In this document: piece after piece, positions 14,305 to 16,373 of the stretch
Position numbering within the stretch: the stretch's first letter is position 1
How the letters are laid out: the number at the start of each line of letters is the position of its first letter
DNA from: an uncultured Clostridia bacterium
GTDB taxonomy: Bacteria > Bacillota > Clostridia > Oscillospirales > UBA644
Length of the DNA stretch: 16,373 bases
Assembly (NCBI GenBank): GCA_944386305.1
Contig: CALXAN010000075.1
Coordinates: 1-16,373 of the forward strand
Direction: 5' to 3'
Made by a program: the position numbers and the translations under genes
The notes under the pieces: model-generated
Told to the model about the DNA's origin: nothing
The model's input: only the letters and a program-made list of their open reading frames with translations
Databases searched by the model: none

Positions 14305-14955
14305 CTATTCTTCAGACATAGCCGTCTCAGGCATGGGCGTCACAGGTATGACCGTCTCAGGAACAAACGGCTCGGTTGTCTCGGGCCAGCCGGGCTCGCC
14401 GCCGGAGCCTGTATAGGGCGGTTGATTTTCGTAGATAGCATCTTGTACATCTGCCAAGAGTAAGGTAAGCTCTTCTATTCTGTAAGCCAGCCAGCTTTTT
14501 ACCTCGGCGTTATCTTTGTATTCATTCATATACAACTCGCAGAGATAATATCTGTATTGCAAAGCGATGGCTCGCTTTATATGCAGCGCCATAAGAGTGC
14601 TTTCGTCAAAACCGTTCGTTTCCCAGTCTGCGAACAGGTGTCCGCCATATAGTTTTTTACCTGCTATACTTTCTTCGGTTATGCTGAGGTCATATATTAC
14701 ACCGAGGTAATGGTTTATCTCTCCTATGCCTGCATAAATCCCCGAAATATAGTAGTCAGGCATTTCGGCCTTAATTCCCTCAAGCACGTCTTTATACTTA
14801 TCTTCTACGGTGAACTTATCTACATCTGCGGGATTAAATTCTTCTCCGTCGTCTGCAGTAGTCCTGTTCGGCATAAGCAATATTACCGCCGCCGTGATGC
14901 AGCCCGCCAAAAGCACGCAGCATACGGCGATTATGGCCTTGTATTTCGTTTTCAT
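14305..14955 (-). CDS. Membrane-anchored or lipoprotein hypothetical protein with a Pro/Glu/Thr-rich C-terminal tail
   Basis: 216 aa. N-terminus MKTKYKAIIAVCCVLLAGCITAAVILLM is a signal anchor or possible lipobox LAGC. RBS AAAGGAG 9 nt upstream. It is separated from the upstream CHAP gene by 33 nt, so probably the same operon. The tail is ...PPYTGSGGEPGWPETTEPFVPETVIPVTPMPETAMSEE. Confidence 0.7.
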   Translation of the reverse strand: MKTKYKAIIAVCCVLLAGCITAAVILLMPNRTTADDGEEFNPADVDKFTVEDKYKDVLEGIKAEMPDYYISGIYAGIGEINHYLGVIYDLSITEESIAGKKLYGGHLFADWETNGFDESTLMALHIKRAIALQYRYYLCELYMNEYKDNAEVKSWLAYRIEELTLLLADVQDAIYENQPPYTGSGGEPGWPETTEPFVPETVIPVTPMPETAMSEE

Positions 14956-14988
14956 ATTTAAAAACTCCTTTCATTATTACCCATAGGT

Positions 14989-15930
14989 TTACGGCGTTAC
15001 CCCGTTAAGATTTATATAGCCTTTAAGTGTATTGTAGGGGCTGCGGTTTTCGAATTGAGCTATTGTCTGCCGTTTAAGCACACCGTCTTCTCCGATATCG
15101 AAGCGGCCGTTATTCGACGCGCCGTAGTTGGCTTCGCTATAGTAAACGTAGCCGTCCTCTACGTATTCTATAAATACAACGTGTCCGAGCGTTGTCGGAC
15201 TGGTGAATACAGCGATAGAATTTGGGCTAGGCGAGTTACTCTTGATTATGCCGGGATTATCTATTCTGTCATACCAGGTTTTTGCATTGTTTCCGCTTGT
15301 TTCTGAAAAGGATAGAGTTATACCGAGCTTTTCCTGTACGCGGCCCGCGACGTACCACGTGCATTGCCCTTCAGGAAATTTTGTTTTAAAAGCATCGTCT
15401 GCTATATAGTCGGTACCGAAGTTAGTGGTAGGATGATCCAGCGAATATGCGGGCATAAAGTACCATATGGTAGCTTTATCTTTTGAGGTAAAGCCCAGTC
15501 TGAGCGTAGACTTGTCGTAAGTCAGGTATCTATATGAGGTTGAATACAGAGTTACGCCGTCTGTACCTACTCCTGCCTTAGGCACTTCATAAAACGATCC
15601 GCTGTCGTATGTTTTGAGAACGCACGAGCTGTCCATGTATTTGTGTGCGCCCTGAGATTTTATTGCCCACATCCCGGTTGGGTAGTCTACATACCACAGC
15701 TGCTTGGGGTCATAACCCACTCGATAGTTGCCGGCTTTGGTCTTGTCTACATATACTGCAGATCCTACGGAAGTTGCCCCTCTTGTACTTACGTAGTAGT
15801 TTGTTGTATCAGATTTAATGAGATAAACTTTACCCGGCACGAAGTCTGTATCCGCAGCCGATGAGGATATGGGCACGGCCAAAACGACGGCCGCAAGCAG
15901 AACAATACATAGGATTTTCTTTACATTCAT
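14989..15930 (-). CDS. Secreted CHAP-domain peptidoglycan hydrolase with an N-terminal beta-trefoil/lectin-like (QxW-containing) domain
   Basis: 313 aa. Signal peptide MNVKKILCIVLLAAVVLAVPISSSAA. The C-terminal CHAP has Cys...His (GQCTWYVAGRV ... GHVVFIEYVEDG). The N-terminal half contains KQLWY and TIWYF motifs. RBS AAAGGACG. Confidence 0.8.
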   Translation of the reverse strand: MNVKKILCIVLLAAVVLAVPISSSAADTDFVPGKVYLIKSDTTNYYVSTRGATSVGSAVYVDKTKAGNYRVGYDPKQLWYVDYPTGMWAIKSQGAHKYMDSSCVLKTYDSGSFYEVPKAGVGTDGVTLYSTSYRYLTYDKSTLRLGFTSKDKATIWYFMPAYSLDHPTTNFGTDYIADDAFKTKFPEGQCTWYVAGRVQEKLGITLSFSETSGNNAKTWYDRIDNPGIIKSNSPSPNSIAVFTSPTTLGHVVFIEYVEDGYVYYSEANYGASNNGRFDIGEDGVLKRQTIAQFENRSPYNTLKGYINLNGVTP

Positions 15931-16112
15931 TTTTTGAATCGTCCTTTCTATCTTTATTTTATTTCTGCTGCGGTCTTACATCACCATCGTACCCATCTCC
16001 TGTTTTGTAATCAGGTTTGGTGCTCCTCTTGCTGAACCATTGGTATCATCCCCTTTTATTATACGCTCGGACTCACACTGCGGCCTGAGCTTTTGTGAGG
16101 CGTTTATCACAT

Positions 16113-16141
16113 ATATTATTGCATATATTTCCTAATGTAAA
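16113..16141 (-). promoter_or_regulatory. Low-confidence candidate promoter for the CHAP operon (TTTACA, 17 bp, TAATAT on the minus strand)
   Basis: The reverse complement of 16136-16141 is TTTACA and of 16113-16118 is TAATAT, with a 17-bp spacer. The region is AT-rich, so chance matches are likely. Confidence 0.2.
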
Positions 16142-16333
16142 TATATTTTGTAAATATTGTAAGAAATTTAAGAATTGTTAAGGTCTCTGTCATTTTATTC
16201 TTTAAGGACGCTTTCGGCCGCCTAGGTTTGTAGATATTGTATAAAGCGGCCGCGGGCAGGGTATTAACATTGTCGAATAATGTAGGTTAAATGGCTTGTG
16301 CTGAGTAGAGCTTAACTATATCCTAAAGTCAGC

Positions 16334-16373
16334 TTATTCTTCAGACATAGCCGTTTCAGGCATGGGCGTCACA
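16334..16373 (-). CDS. 3' end (last 12 codons plus TAA) of a paralog of the 14305..14955 membrane protein, truncated by the window edge
   Basis: 16335-16373 matches 14306-14344 at 38 of 39 nt. The single difference is synonymous (GAG to GAA). It encodes the same ...VTPMPETAMSEE* tail, and similarity continues a few nt past the stop. Confidence 0.45.
   Translation of the reverse strand, partial: VTPMPETAMSEE

Overview
This 16.4-kb window reads like a low-GC Firmicutes (Clostridia-like) chromosome. A GC-rich core of about 55–62% GC sits in the middle: a serC–serA operon on the minus strand, a DUF3343/cysteine-desulfurase pair, cdaA–cdaR and a COG2509-type FAD oxidoreductase. Lower-GC segments flank it on both sides. 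The left 5.4 kb (about 35–50% GC) carries a compact four-gene plus-strand cluster: two tandem WYL-domain regulator-like proteins, a cytoplasmic SPFH/band-7 protein with a triplicated N-terminal hairpin motif, and an RtcB RNA ligase. A 440-nt leader containing a tRNA-like 3' fragment separates the WYL pair from SPFH–RtcB. I consider this the best candidate for an undescribed conflict or RNA-repair module. The right 3.1 kb contains a 1.1-kb ORF-less stretch with three ~35-bp direct repeats, a 43-bp-period A-rich minisatellite and an orphan intrinsic terminator. After that comes a minus-strand operon of a secreted CHAP peptidoglycan hydrolase plus a membrane-anchored protein. A second paralog of that membrane protein is cut by the window edge; its 3' end is a 39-nt near-identical repeat of the first copy's 3' end. 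All functional calls are by eye from motif recognition; no database searches were run.
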